A DNA stretch of 64,000 bases, taken from positions 2,431-66,430 of the forward strand of contig JANQHF010000043.1 of assembly GCA_028282725.1 (NCBI GenBank). The letters run 5' to 3'. Source of the DNA: Saprospiraceae bacterium. Its GTDB lineage: Bacteria > Bacteroidota > Bacteroidia > Chitinophagales > Saprospiraceae. The notes under the pieces are model-generated. The model saw only the letters and a program-made list of their open reading frames with translations, made no database searches and was not told the DNA's origin. Made by a program: the position numbers and the translations under genes. This document shows, piece by piece, positions 1-8,870 of the stretch (position 1 is the stretch's first letter; each line of letters begins with the position of its first letter).

Positions 1-102
1 TCTTTCCTGCTGTCCACCCAGGTCAAGCACATTTTGCTCAAGTAGCTGCAGCGCTAATCTCTTACCCAGAAATCCTGCACCACCTAAAAGAAGTACTCGC
101 AT
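1..102 (-). CDS. NAD-dependent epimerase/dehydratase family protein, N-terminal fragment (gene continues beyond the left edge)
   Basis: The reverse complement reads MRVLLLGGAGFLGKRLALQLLEQNVLDLGGQQE. GGAGFLG is a Rossmann GxxGxxG motif. The start codon appears as cat at 100..102. Confidence 0.55.
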   Translation of the reverse strand, partial: MRVLLLGGAGFLGKRLALQLLEQNVLDLGGQQER

Positions 103-164
103 CTTCCGGAAATTTTAGTTGAAAAAGTAAGTTATGAAAATGGCAACTGAAAAAGAAAACACGG

Positions 165-707
165 TTACCTGTAGATCGGGTCGTATAAGGAAAACAGAAA
201 CATCAAGGTGACACGGTTCTCCTGAGGTGCCAGATAAGGCTGCTCGTTGTCAAGATTACCCCAGGCATAGGCTAGGTTGATTCGAAGGATTTCCAAATGC
301 AAGCCAAGACCTGCCTGCCACAGATTACCCCGCCCCATTTTGATATTGGTCTTAGATCGATGAAGGCCATACGCCCCGTGGACGATGACAGGTGTTCCGG
401 GAACGCGTTGTTCAAGTCCCACATTCATAAAGGAGAAACGATAAGGAGAAACAGTGGTCGCAGGTGACAACTGGTAAGCACCAAAGATGCCTGTTTCCGT
501 AGGAAGATTGTATTGTAACCGGGCCTCCACGAGAAAGGGACGAAAACCTGAGAATTGAAACGTCTTGAAGAATTCCTCTTCTATATACGAATCCGCATGT
601 TCGGAAAATCCAAAACCTGCACCAAACATCAATGCAAATTGACTATTTGCAGGCAAGGAGACGATCCAAAAGCCAATAATTAAAACAAATAATTTCACCA
701 TGCGCAT
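165..707 (-). CDS. hypothetical secreted protein, possibly a small outer-membrane beta-barrel
   Basis: ORF 165..731. The likely start is MRMVKLFVLIIGFWIVSLPANSQ, a signal peptide. The sequence is Gly/aromatic-rich with alternating patterns (FGAGFGFS, AGLGLHLEILRINLAYAWG). It overlaps or abuts the GntP stop. Confidence 0.5.
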   Translation of the reverse strand: MRMVKLFVLIIGFWIVSLPANSQFALMFGAGFGFSEHADSYIEEEFFKTFQFSGFRPFLVEARLQYNLPTETGIFGAYQLSPATTVSPYRFSFMNVGLEQRVPGTPVIVHGAYGLHRSKTNIKMGRGNLWQAGLGLHLEILRINLAYAWGNLDNEQPYLAPQENRVTLMFLFSLYDPIYR

Positions 708-723
708 TCCTCGTCCTGTCATT

Positions 724-2094
724 TTATACAAATGGAAAAATGGATGACAAGATAACCACCTGGATCAAACCCACAACAGAAATCGCTGCCAAGGTCGTTG
801 TCCATGTCTGTAATGTTTCCTTTTCAGTAAGTCCCGACATCTTTGCGACGACCCAGAATCCACTGTCGTTCATCCAGGAGATAAATCCCGAGCCAAATCC
901 TATTGCCAGGAGCAGATAGACCGGGTGATAGGGAAGTTCACCGCCTGTACCGACCATGGCGAACATAATGCTTGAGGTGGTAATCATTGATACTGTGCCT
1001 GATCCCTGCGCTGTTTTCATCACTGCCGCAATGATCCAGGCAAGGACGAGCGTATGAATCTGAAATCCTGCTGTTGCCATTTCAATGGCCTCCCCTATCC
1101 CTGAATGCTTGATCATGGCACCATAGGCACCCCCTGCACTGGTGATGAGGATGATAATTCCTGCAATTTCCAATGGTTTCCCTGTAGCTTCCCACAGGTC
1201 CTTTGCCTTATAACCCTTTTGTTTGGCCCATAACCATAAGGCAATAGCCGTACCCAGGGCCATGGCTACATTTTTATTACCTAAAAATGCTACCCATCCG
1301 GGAGTATCTGATCGAAGGACATCCACCACAGAAGCACAACTGATCAATATGATCGGTAAAACGATAGGCATAAGAGAGATGGCCAAGCCGGGTAATTGAA
1401 TACCCCCGGCGTCCGTTTCATCCATAATCCGGATCGGAATACTGAGTTTTCGGTTCATGATCCTTGCGACCCACAATACGACTATGGCTGGCAGGATTCC
1501 TGCTGCGATACCACCAAGTATGGTCAATCCCAGGTCTACGGAAAGTGTATCTGCCATGATCAGAGGGCCCGGTGTGGGAGGAACGATGGAATGTGTGATT
1601 ACCGCCCCACCTGCAATTGCAATTACATACAACAGATAGTTCTTCCCGGTCTTTAGTGCGAGGGCTATTGCAAGCGGAATCAGTAAGAAAAACACAGTAT
1701 CAAAAAATACAGGTATGGAAAGTACAAAACCACTGATGAGGAGTGCAACTGGTGCACGTTTCTCTCCCATCAGCGAAAGCAAACTGGTCACTATGCGCTC
1801 AGCCGCGCCGCTCTCCATCATGGCAGAACCAATAATGGCCGCCAGTGCAATGACCCAGGCAATTTTTCCTGCAACGATTCCAAATTCTACCATCGGTAGT
1901 TCAACTGCCCGTACGAGTTGATGAAAGTTGCTTAATTCGGGAAGATCATAAGAGATGAGCCCCACAAAAACTGCAGAAAGTATTAAAGCTACGAATGGGT
2001 GAAAGCGCAGTCTTGATATCATGATGACGACAGCAATTATGCTCAATAAGAGGACTAAGAAAGGCCAATAGGGTGAAGTCATCATTTCGGTCAT
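724..2094 (-). CDS. GntP family permease (gluconate/organic acid:H+ symporter family)
   Basis: 456 aa polytopic membrane protein. It aligns by eye with E. coli GntT at blocks THSIVPPTPGP, SAGGAYG, KTAQGSGTVSMIT and NDSGFWVV. Confidence 0.85.
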   Translation of the reverse strand: MTEMMTSPYWPFLVLLLSIIAVVIMISRLRFHPFVALILSAVFVGLISYDLPELSNFHQLVRAVELPMVEFGIVAGKIAWVIALAAIIGSAMMESGAAERIVTSLLSLMGEKRAPVALLISGFVLSIPVFFDTVFFLLIPLAIALALKTGKNYLLYVIAIAGGAVITHSIVPPTPGPLIMADTLSVDLGLTILGGIAAGILPAIVVLWVARIMNRKLSIPIRIMDETDAGGIQLPGLAISLMPIVLPIILISCASVVDVLRSDTPGWVAFLGNKNVAMALGTAIALWLWAKQKGYKAKDLWEATGKPLEIAGIIILITSAGGAYGAMIKHSGIGEAIEMATAGFQIHTLVLAWIIAAVMKTAQGSGTVSMITTSSIMFAMVGTGGELPYHPVYLLLAIGFGSGFISWMNDSGFWVVAKMSGLTEKETLQTWTTTLAAISVVGLIQVVILSSIFPFV

Positions 2095-2104
2095 TATTGT
2101 ATTA

Positions 2105-4675
2105 TTAAGGTATCCTGATCAGTTCGCCATAGAATAAGGCATTCAGAAACAACTTGTTGGTGCCGTACCATGTGCCTCTGAAGTTTGGGTCAGAGGCAAA
2201 CATCACGACCCTGCCTGATCCTATCCTTGACACGATGACCGGAGACGATTTTTTCAAATATTCATCGAGTAATTCATCGGTAATGAAGCCATCGATGTGT
2301 GGGTCACTGCTGTAGACGGCGACATTGCTGAATTCATTTTTACTCGGTTGCAGCCAGACGGTATTGTTGCGATAGGCAGGAATTTTGTCATCCGAGTAAC
2401 CATATGCCACCGGGTGGGACCGGTCGAGCTCTATCTCAAAAATCGCCCCGCCCACTTCATCTTTTCCGCGATGTTCTCTTGCCTGGTCGTACGGAATCCT
2501 CTCGATCGTCGTCGTATCATTCTTAGTCTCACCTTTCTTGACCAAGGCTTCCTTTACCAATTTTTTATCTATAGCCCACTGACTACCTCTTCCGATGGTT
2601 ATCAATGTCTTTCCCCTGGCGACCCATTCCCGGATTCTTTTGATATCCGTACTATCGATCGTCGAATAACTACCCGAACAAAGCACCAACACGGTATATT
2701 TTTCTAGATCAGCCCTTCCAAATTGGGAAGTTTTGATTTTGGTAATCGGCATCTTCACCCGCTGGTCGAGAAGGTGCCACACAAAACCGGTCTCATAGCC
2801 GCTTGTACCATCTCCAATCAACATGGCAGCCTTGGGTTTTTGGATGACATCAATGTACCCGCTCCCTAAATCAATTCCAGATGTGCTGAAACCTGTAGGC
2901 GTCGAATAAAAATCGATATTCCATTTCGATGCAGCTGCTCGTACGAACTCGTATAACTCTTCATCATTGACATCCTGGGCCTGGACCGGAATAACCAATG
3001 AGCCATAGCTGAACTCCCTGGATTCGCCATTGACGGAAAGACTAAAGGGCTTTTGTGCAACCATGACCCTGACATTGTTGGACTGCAAGTCATAAATGAG
3101 GGAATGTATATGATAATCCTCTGATGGGACTACATATGCATATCCGGATGGACTGGCAATATGTTGTTCGACATGAAGATCCTCAACATTGATCCGATTC
3201 CCCATCTGTATTGATCTTTCTGAGGGTGCATATTTCATATTGTATGCATTGGCTAAAGACCATGCAGACGCGTCATAGAATACACTGTCCTTATACTGAT
3301 CGTAGGTCTCAAAAATGGTTTGTACCATGCGATACTGCCCTTGCCCTGTCGGCACTATGTAGGCGTGTCCTGCATTGAATTCATAGTCGTTAAGGATTAC
3401 GTTATCTGTCAGTGCATATACTTCTATATTGTGCCGAAGCAATAAATGAAGAAATGCCTTTAACCGGGATTGATCGTAATTATCGCCAAAGACATAGCAA
3501 TTCACAGGATCTGACTGGGCGTTTGATAAGGCGGATTTAAAGAAATGTTGTTTATACCAGTGTAATAAATCCTTGTGATCAACAGCAGCTTCCACCGTTG
3601 CTATACCATTTACCAATTGATTGCGGATAGTGAATGGGAAGGTAATTTTCCCAAGCGGAACATCCTGTATGTGCCCCCTGGAACTAGCCTGCTCGAACAG
3701 AATACCCAGTGCTCCCTGGATATCGGGATATGAAGAACCGTAGCCCGGATAAGTCCCGTCAAATGCTTCTTTCGTAAAGTAAAGAGAACCGATCTTATCC
3801 ATTTCGCGCTGATAGTATTTGGCAAATGTGTCATTCAGCATGGTATAGTTTTCCTTAGGCATAATGGGAAGCAAAGAACCATTTTCACGCATTGGCTCGA
3901 AAAAATAGGTACTGCGCGATCCCATTTCATGGAAGTCGGTTACAACATTTGGATACCATTGATGATACCAGTTCAGCTTACCCTGGCTCTCGGGATGTAC
4001 GGCCAACAACCAATCCCTGTTGAGGTCAAACCAGTAGTGATTGGTCCTCCCCCTGGGCCATGTTTCATTGTGTTCTGCATCCATTGGATCTGGTGACAGA
4101 ATCTCAGACCTGTACGTATTGACCCATTGCGTATGTCTTTCTCTTCCATCCGGATTAATGCATGGATCAATGAATACGACTGCATTTTGCCTCAAGCGTT
4201 CAATCAGGGGATGTTGGGAAGCCACCAAAATGTAAGATGTCAGAAGCGCGGCTTCAGAACTAGAAGCTTCGTTACCATGTACGCTGTATCCGAGATTGAC
4301 AAAAGCTGGCAAATCAGAATGAGTACCTTCTGAAAAAGTCATTTCGGGATCCGTCATTGCGACATGTCTTTGCCTGAGGGACTCAAGATTGTCTATATTG
4401 GCTACATCGCTGATTTGCAAGATCACCAGTCGCCGTAATTCATGTGTCCGACCATATTCGACGAGCTCTGCCCGATCAGACAGTTCATCCAGCCGCTCTA
4501 AATAGTCAAGAATACGATCGTGACGGCTATGGTAGTCTCCGATTGAATACCCTAAGAATGCTTCAGGGCTGGGTATGGACTGATCATATGGTTCGTATGC
4601 CGATAGAAAATATTCCTGGGCAATCAAATTGGACATCATGAATATGGCCAGGACGGAGGTCAAAAACTTTTTCAT
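2105..4675 (-). CDS. secreted M14 family zinc carboxypeptidase (large multidomain)
   Basis: Signal peptide MKKFLTSVLAIFMMSNLIAQ. HGNEASSSEA is the M14 HxxE zinc motif, and DFHEMG follows downstream. 856 aa. Confidence 0.8.
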   Translation of the reverse strand: MKKFLTSVLAIFMMSNLIAQEYFLSAYEPYDQSIPSPEAFLGYSIGDYHSRHDRILDYLERLDELSDRAELVEYGRTHELRRLVILQISDVANIDNLESLRQRHVAMTDPEMTFSEGTHSDLPAFVNLGYSVHGNEASSSEAALLTSYILVASQHPLIERLRQNAVVFIDPCINPDGRERHTQWVNTYRSEILSPDPMDAEHNETWPRGRTNHYWFDLNRDWLLAVHPESQGKLNWYHQWYPNVVTDFHEMGSRSTYFFEPMRENGSLLPIMPKENYTMLNDTFAKYYQREMDKIGSLYFTKEAFDGTYPGYGSSYPDIQGALGILFEQASSRGHIQDVPLGKITFPFTIRNQLVNGIATVEAAVDHKDLLHWYKQHFFKSALSNAQSDPVNCYVFGDNYDQSRLKAFLHLLLRHNIEVYALTDNVILNDYEFNAGHAYIVPTGQGQYRMVQTIFETYDQYKDSVFYDASAWSLANAYNMKYAPSERSIQMGNRINVEDLHVEQHIASPSGYAYVVPSEDYHIHSLIYDLQSNNVRVMVAQKPFSLSVNGESREFSYGSLVIPVQAQDVNDEELYEFVRAAASKWNIDFYSTPTGFSTSGIDLGSGYIDVIQKPKAAMLIGDGTSGYETGFVWHLLDQRVKMPITKIKTSQFGRADLEKYTVLVLCSGSYSTIDSTDIKRIREWVARGKTLITIGRGSQWAIDKKLVKEALVKKGETKNDTTTIERIPYDQAREHRGKDEVGGAIFEIELDRSHPVAYGYSDDKIPAYRNNTVWLQPSKNEFSNVAVYSSDPHIDGFITDELLDEYLKKSSPVIVSRIGSGRVVMFASDPNFRGTWYGTNKLFLNALFYGELIRIP

Positions 4676-4770
4676 CTTAAAAGTGCCAATAATGAGTTGG
4701 CTAAAATAGCATAAATGCTCAAAGAGACGAGGCCGGGGTGAGAGTTTACACAGTGGAAAGAAATCGCCGG

Positions 4771-5607
4771 CTAAATTTCAATTTCCAATCCCTGGCTCGC
4801 CAGTTTTACGGAAAGTAAAGGATCATCAACTTTCTTCTGTGCCTTTGTAACCATATCCTCCAGGAATGCGTCAGAGTGATCGGGGTCATGATGAAACATG
4901 TAGACAGTCTTGACTTTGGAATGTTCTGCTAACTCAATCATGTGTTTGACAGAGCTGTGTCCCCAGCCATATCGCGATTCGTATTCCTCTTCGGTGTATT
5001 GAGCATCATGGATCAGGACATCCGCTTGTGCACAAAGTGAAGAACCCGAAATCCACCTGGAACCGGAGTATAGTTCCTGGCTGCCGATCATAGGCTCATG
5101 ATCAGGAATATAGACGAAGATCTTCTCTCCCCTTTCAATTCTGTATCCAATCGTCGGCCCCGGGTGAATGACAAATTCAGTTTTAATATTCAGACCGTCA
5201 ATAGAAAAATCGCTATCTGCCAATTCATGAATTTCCAGTTCACACGGCAGATCCCGAAGAGGAAGCGGAAATAGCGGTGGGGATAGATACCGGTTCAACC
5301 TGTTTTTCAAAGAGTGGGTCGACCCTCCCGGCCCCCAGATATGAACCTCTTTGCCGGGGACAAAGAGTGGCTTAAAAAAGCCCAGACCCTGGATGTGATC
5401 CATGTGCAAATGAGTCAGGAAGATATCTATTCGCGGCAAGTCGAAATAGTCTGAAAAATTCAGGCCCAGGATGCCTGTACCGGCATCCAGGATCAATCGT
5501 CGACCATCATGAATGACTTCTACACATGAAGTACTTTGACCATAAAGGGCATTTTCCTTTTTAGCGGTTGGGTAGGAGCCGCGACAACCAAGTATTCGTA
5601 TTTTCAT
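4771..5607 (-). CDS. MBL-fold metallo-hydrolase
   Basis: THLHMDHIQG is the HxHxDH motif. HDAQY and HHDPDH are present downstream. 278 aa with no signal peptide. Confidence 0.85.
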   Translation of the reverse strand: MKIRILGCRGSYPTAKKENALYGQSTSCVEVIHDGRRLILDAGTGILGLNFSDYFDLPRIDIFLTHLHMDHIQGLGFFKPLFVPGKEVHIWGPGGSTHSLKNRLNRYLSPPLFPLPLRDLPCELEIHELADSDFSIDGLNIKTEFVIHPGPTIGYRIERGEKIFVYIPDHEPMIGSQELYSGSRWISGSSLCAQADVLIHDAQYTEEEYESRYGWGHSSVKHMIELAEHSKVKTVYMFHHDPDHSDAFLEDMVTKAQKKVDDPLLSVKLASQGLEIEI

Positions 5608-6002
5608 ACATCTTCATTGTCCGTCCAAAAAATGGCAACAGCCCCGGAAAATTTTTTGCTTCTACCGATTATTGGATAGGAGGTCACATTGATTCGATGT
5701 CTATCTCCATTATAATTCTTGATGAAAAAACGCTTATGCGCAGGTTTCTGTTGAGTCAATGCAATTACAAGAGGAAGTTCTTCCGGGGGAATGGGACGCC
5801 CTTCTCCATCAATGGGTTGAAAGATCGTTGACCACTCCATTCTCTTCATTTCGCCCGTTTCCTCGAATCTTTTACCCAGGATGCTTTCCGCGGGTTCATT
5901 ATAGAATAATAACGTTCCTTCCGGATCTACAATAAATACAGGGACAGACAAACAGTCAGCAAGTTGTCGGTTTAAAATTATCTCTATTTCTGGAGCCGCC
6001 AT
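5604..6002 (-). CDS. stand-alone PAS domain protein
   Basis: 132 aa with a PAS-like pattern (VPVFIVDPEGTLLFYNEPAESILG ... YNGDRHRINVTSYPIIG). Its stop overlaps the MBL start by 4 nt. Confidence 0.65.
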   Translation of the reverse strand: MAAPEIEIILNRQLADCLSVPVFIVDPEGTLLFYNEPAESILGKRFEETGEMKRMEWSTIFQPIDGEGRPIPPEELPLVIALTQQKPAHKRFFIKNYNGDRHRINVTSYPIIGRSKKFSGAVAIFWTDNEDV

Positions 6003-6185
6003 CTCCGTCCCTTAAATGAACAATAATGAAATTTACTAAATTTTCCCTCATTACCTTATTTTAATTGAATTAATCCCATAGAGGGCGGGCACGCTCAGAT
6101 TTCCCACACGTCTTAATTGTCAGAAAGCAGATAGTTTTTGTTTATTAAATGTGCGAACTTTATTACTCACCCAATACCCACTCTT

Positions 6186-7151
6186 ATGAAACGCTTAGCT
6201 CTTCTCTTTCTCTCGATTATATTGTTCTCATTGGATTTTTACGCGCAGAAATATGAGCTCCCCATAGATGCCGCACATTCGGTGGTTTCCTTTTCTGTCG
6301 GTTTTGCAGGTGGTATTTCATCAATAGACGGGAGATTTGATAATTACAATGGGGTTATTGGATATCATGATCAGAATGACAGATCCAGCCTCTATTGCAA
6401 TGTTACGATCGATGCGACCAGCATCAATACAGGCAATAAGATGCGGGATAAGGATTTGAATGGAGCTGGTTGGTTTAACACAGAGGAGTATCCCGAGATC
6501 ACCTTTGAATCCACAGGCTCAAAAAAGACAGATAAGGGCTACGTCATAACGGGCGATTTCACCATGATGGGCATAACCGAAGAGATTTCAATTCCCTTCG
6601 AGTATCAGCATGATCAAGACATCGTTTTCGTTTTTGGCGAACCTAGAATTGCAGCCCTGGGGACATACAGGATTGACCGGACAGAGTACGGTATCCCGAA
6701 ACGGGGATTTGACAACATCGTTCCCTCACTGGGCACTATGGCTTTGTTAAAAGAGGTCGATGTGAAACTGATGGTCATGGGCCGTGGTCCAGGCATAGGA
6801 GGATTGATTTCTTCTGCCATAAAATCGGATGGTGTGGGAAAGGCACTGGAAAAGTATGAGATGCTTGAAAAAGAGCATGAGGGAAAAAATACCTATGCGT
6901 TTGGTGAAATGTCATTGGCAGGGATTGCAAGTCAATTGGTTCGCGGAGGTATGAACGACGAGGCCGTAGAGGTCGGCTCCTACATGATTAAAAGATATCC
7001 CGGGTCAGCTGTGGCTCATTATACGGAAGCGGCGGCATTGGATAAGACAGGTAACAGGGAAGGAGCAATAAAGGGGTATAAAAAGGCTCTTGCCCTTAAT
7101 CCTGAATTCGGACGAGCCAAACAGGCTCTTGAAAAGTTGATGGAAGAGTAG
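6186..7151 (+). CDS. YceI-like domain protein with C-terminal TPR-like region
   Basis: The ORF runs from TTG 6138, but ATG 6186 gives the signal peptide MKRLALLFLSIILFSLDFYAQ. YceI-like core: SVVSFSV..., INTGNKMRDKDL, ITGDFTMMGITEEI. The C-terminus is TPR-like (AIKGYKKALALNPEFGRAKQAL). Confidence 0.75.
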   Translation: MKRLALLFLSIILFSLDFYAQKYELPIDAAHSVVSFSVGFAGGISSIDGRFDNYNGVIGYHDQNDRSSLYCNVTIDATSINTGNKMRDKDLNGAGWFNTEEYPEITFESTGSKKTDKGYVITGDFTMMGITEEISIPFEYQHDQDIVFVFGEPRIAALGTYRIDRTEYGIPKRGFDNIVPSLGTMALLKEVDVKLMVMGRGPGIGGLISSAIKSDGVGKALEKYEMLEKEHEGKNTYAFGEMSLAGIASQLVRGGMNDEAVEVGSYMIKRYPGSAVAHYTEAAALDKTGNREGAIKGYKKALALNPEFGRAKQALEKLMEE

Positions 7152-7157
7152 GTTAAG

Positions 7158-7598
7158 CTAATCTGACTGGGAGGATTCTATGTTCCTTTTAACCTTGGAA
7201 AGAATGTCCTCGGCTTGTTTGCGGACAATGCCACTTACGATTCCCGATGCTACCCTGAACATCCCGGATAGCTTAAATTCCAGTTGTATCGACAGTGTTG
7301 TGAATCCCTCCTTTTTATCAAGGGACAAATTTGCCTGAATCGGAAATATGCTCTCAAGGGTTTTGGCTGTGAGTTGCTTGTTGATTTCAAAATTTGTGAC
7401 CTCGTAGGTCATGTTGAGTTTTCGTCCGGCAATATTGGCGACTTCAATATATCGACTTCCTTTTTTGATGGGAAGAGGATCAAGCATGATGACTTCGTCC
7501 AACGCAGGGATGTACTCTTTGCGATTGTCAATATCCACGAGGTAGCCGAAAATTTCCTCAGGAGAAGCTTCAATATTTATTCTTTCTTCAATGTTCAT
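7158..7598 (-). CDS. SRPBCC (START/polyketide cyclase-like) family protein
   Basis: ORF 7158..7637. The likely start is MNIEERINIEASPEEIFGYL, typical of SRPBCC N-termini. About 146 aa. Confidence 0.65.
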   Translation of the reverse strand: MNIEERINIEASPEEIFGYLVDIDNRKEYIPALDEVIMLDPLPIKKGSRYIEVANIAGRKLNMTYEVTNFEINKQLTAKTLESIFPIQANLSLDKKEGFTTLSIQLEFKLSGMFRVASGIVSGIVRKQAEDILSKVKRNIESSQSD

Positions 7599-7621
7599 CA
7601 TACGGAATATACGCATGAAAC

Positions 7622-8257
7622 ATGCAAATAGCACCATGCATATGCATTCTCCTGATTAACTTGGTTGAAAAATACGAACCCTTGAGATTCTATTCCTTAA
7701 TATTTCTTTTCATCAGTTTATCATTCTACGGATGCAAAAGCCTGGAGCAGTTGGACAGCTCCAACAGTGAACCTCTCTTCGGTCCCGGTGTCATTGATTT
7801 CTCTTTAAAAGGAGATACTGAATGGTCCTTTCTCAATGAGGGATTCACAGGAGAAGGAGGAGAAGGCTATATCCTTTCGCCGGATCAGTATGATGACTTT
7901 ATCCTGACACTCGAATTCATGCCGGACGAAAATGTCAATTCAGGAGTATTTATCCGATGCCCTTCGGGAATTATAACGGCAACCGATTGCTATGAAATCA
8001 ATATTTGGGATGATCATGTCAACCAGGAATTCAGGACGGGTGCCATTGTAACACATGGCCCCCCATTGGTAAACGAAAATTCTGTGGGCAAATGGAATCA
8101 ATACCGTATTCGAACAAGGGAGAACAGGATTGAAGTTTGGTTAAATAACAAAAAGACGGCAGATCTTACCAACAATAAAAGTAGTAAGGGTCATATCGCA
8201 CTGCAGGCCATGAATGGAACCATCCAATTCAGAAATATCTTTCTGAAATCTCTCTGA
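7622..8257 (+). CDS. DUF1080 (3-keto-disaccharide hydrolase-like) domain lipoprotein
   Basis: The C-terminal pattern GHIALQAMNGTIQFRNIFLK and the WNQYRIR...IEVWLNNKK block are typical of DUF1080. A lipobox is present (LSFYGC). An alternative TTG start at 7658 would give a shorter signal peptide. Confidence 0.7.
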   Translation: MQIAPCICILLINLVEKYEPLRFYSLIFLFISLSFYGCKSLEQLDSSNSEPLFGPGVIDFSLKGDTEWSFLNEGFTGEGGEGYILSPDQYDDFILTLEFMPDENVNSGVFIRCPSGIITATDCYEINIWDDHVNQEFRTGAIVTHGPPLVNENSVGKWNQYRIRTRENRIEVWLNNKKTADLTNNKSSKGHIALQAMNGTIQFRNIFLKSL

Positions 8258-8359
8258 CCCTTTTGAAAGTCAAGCATTATTCGCAACCTTTTTACAATGT
8301 CAATTGTATACATTACGAATATTGAATACTCAGACATCCGAATTAAGAAAATCTCTGCG

Positions 8360-8860
8360 ATGACTCACATTTTAAAGTATGTTTACCTTCTATTCGCTAT
8401 ATCCTTATTGATCGGTTGTAGTGACGATGATACCGGTTTTCCTGTGCCAACGCCGGGTGGCAATATTGACGGGAACGCCAGAATTTGGACTGGTCCCACC
8501 GTGGTTTTTTCAAAAACCAATGGTTCTGATCCGGACATGGAAACCAACCAGGACAGGATTACGGACAACGTTTGGATCACCAGGCGAAACAACGGAGGTC
8601 AGATTTACAATGCCAAGGTAGAAGGTAGTGCCAACAAAGATGAATCTCCAATGGGCACTACGTGGGCTGTCGGCTCGATAGACAACCTCGGCAACCTGGC
8701 GTTCAGACCCTTTCGCATTGCAGTTGGTTCTCCAAAGGATGTAGTAGGAAAATCGCTTGTCATGCATTTGATCCAGGACGGTGTATATGTAAGTGTGAAA
8801 TTTACCGATTGGTCACAGGGTAAGGAGGGCGGATTCAGTTACGAACGCAGCTCAGAATAA
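8360..8860 (+). CDS. hypothetical lipoprotein
   Basis: ORF from 8297. The internal ATG at 8360 gives MTHILKYVYLLFAISLLIGCSDDD, a lipobox. No recognisable catalytic motif. Confidence 0.55.
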   Translation: MTHILKYVYLLFAISLLIGCSDDDTGFPVPTPGGNIDGNARIWTGPTVVFSKTNGSDPDMETNQDRITDNVWITRRNNGGQIYNAKVEGSANKDESPMGTTWAVGSIDNLGNLAFRPFRIAVGSPKDVVGKSLVMHLIQDGVYVSVKFTDWSQGKEGGFSYERSSE

Positions 8861-8870
8861 ATCTGGCACC

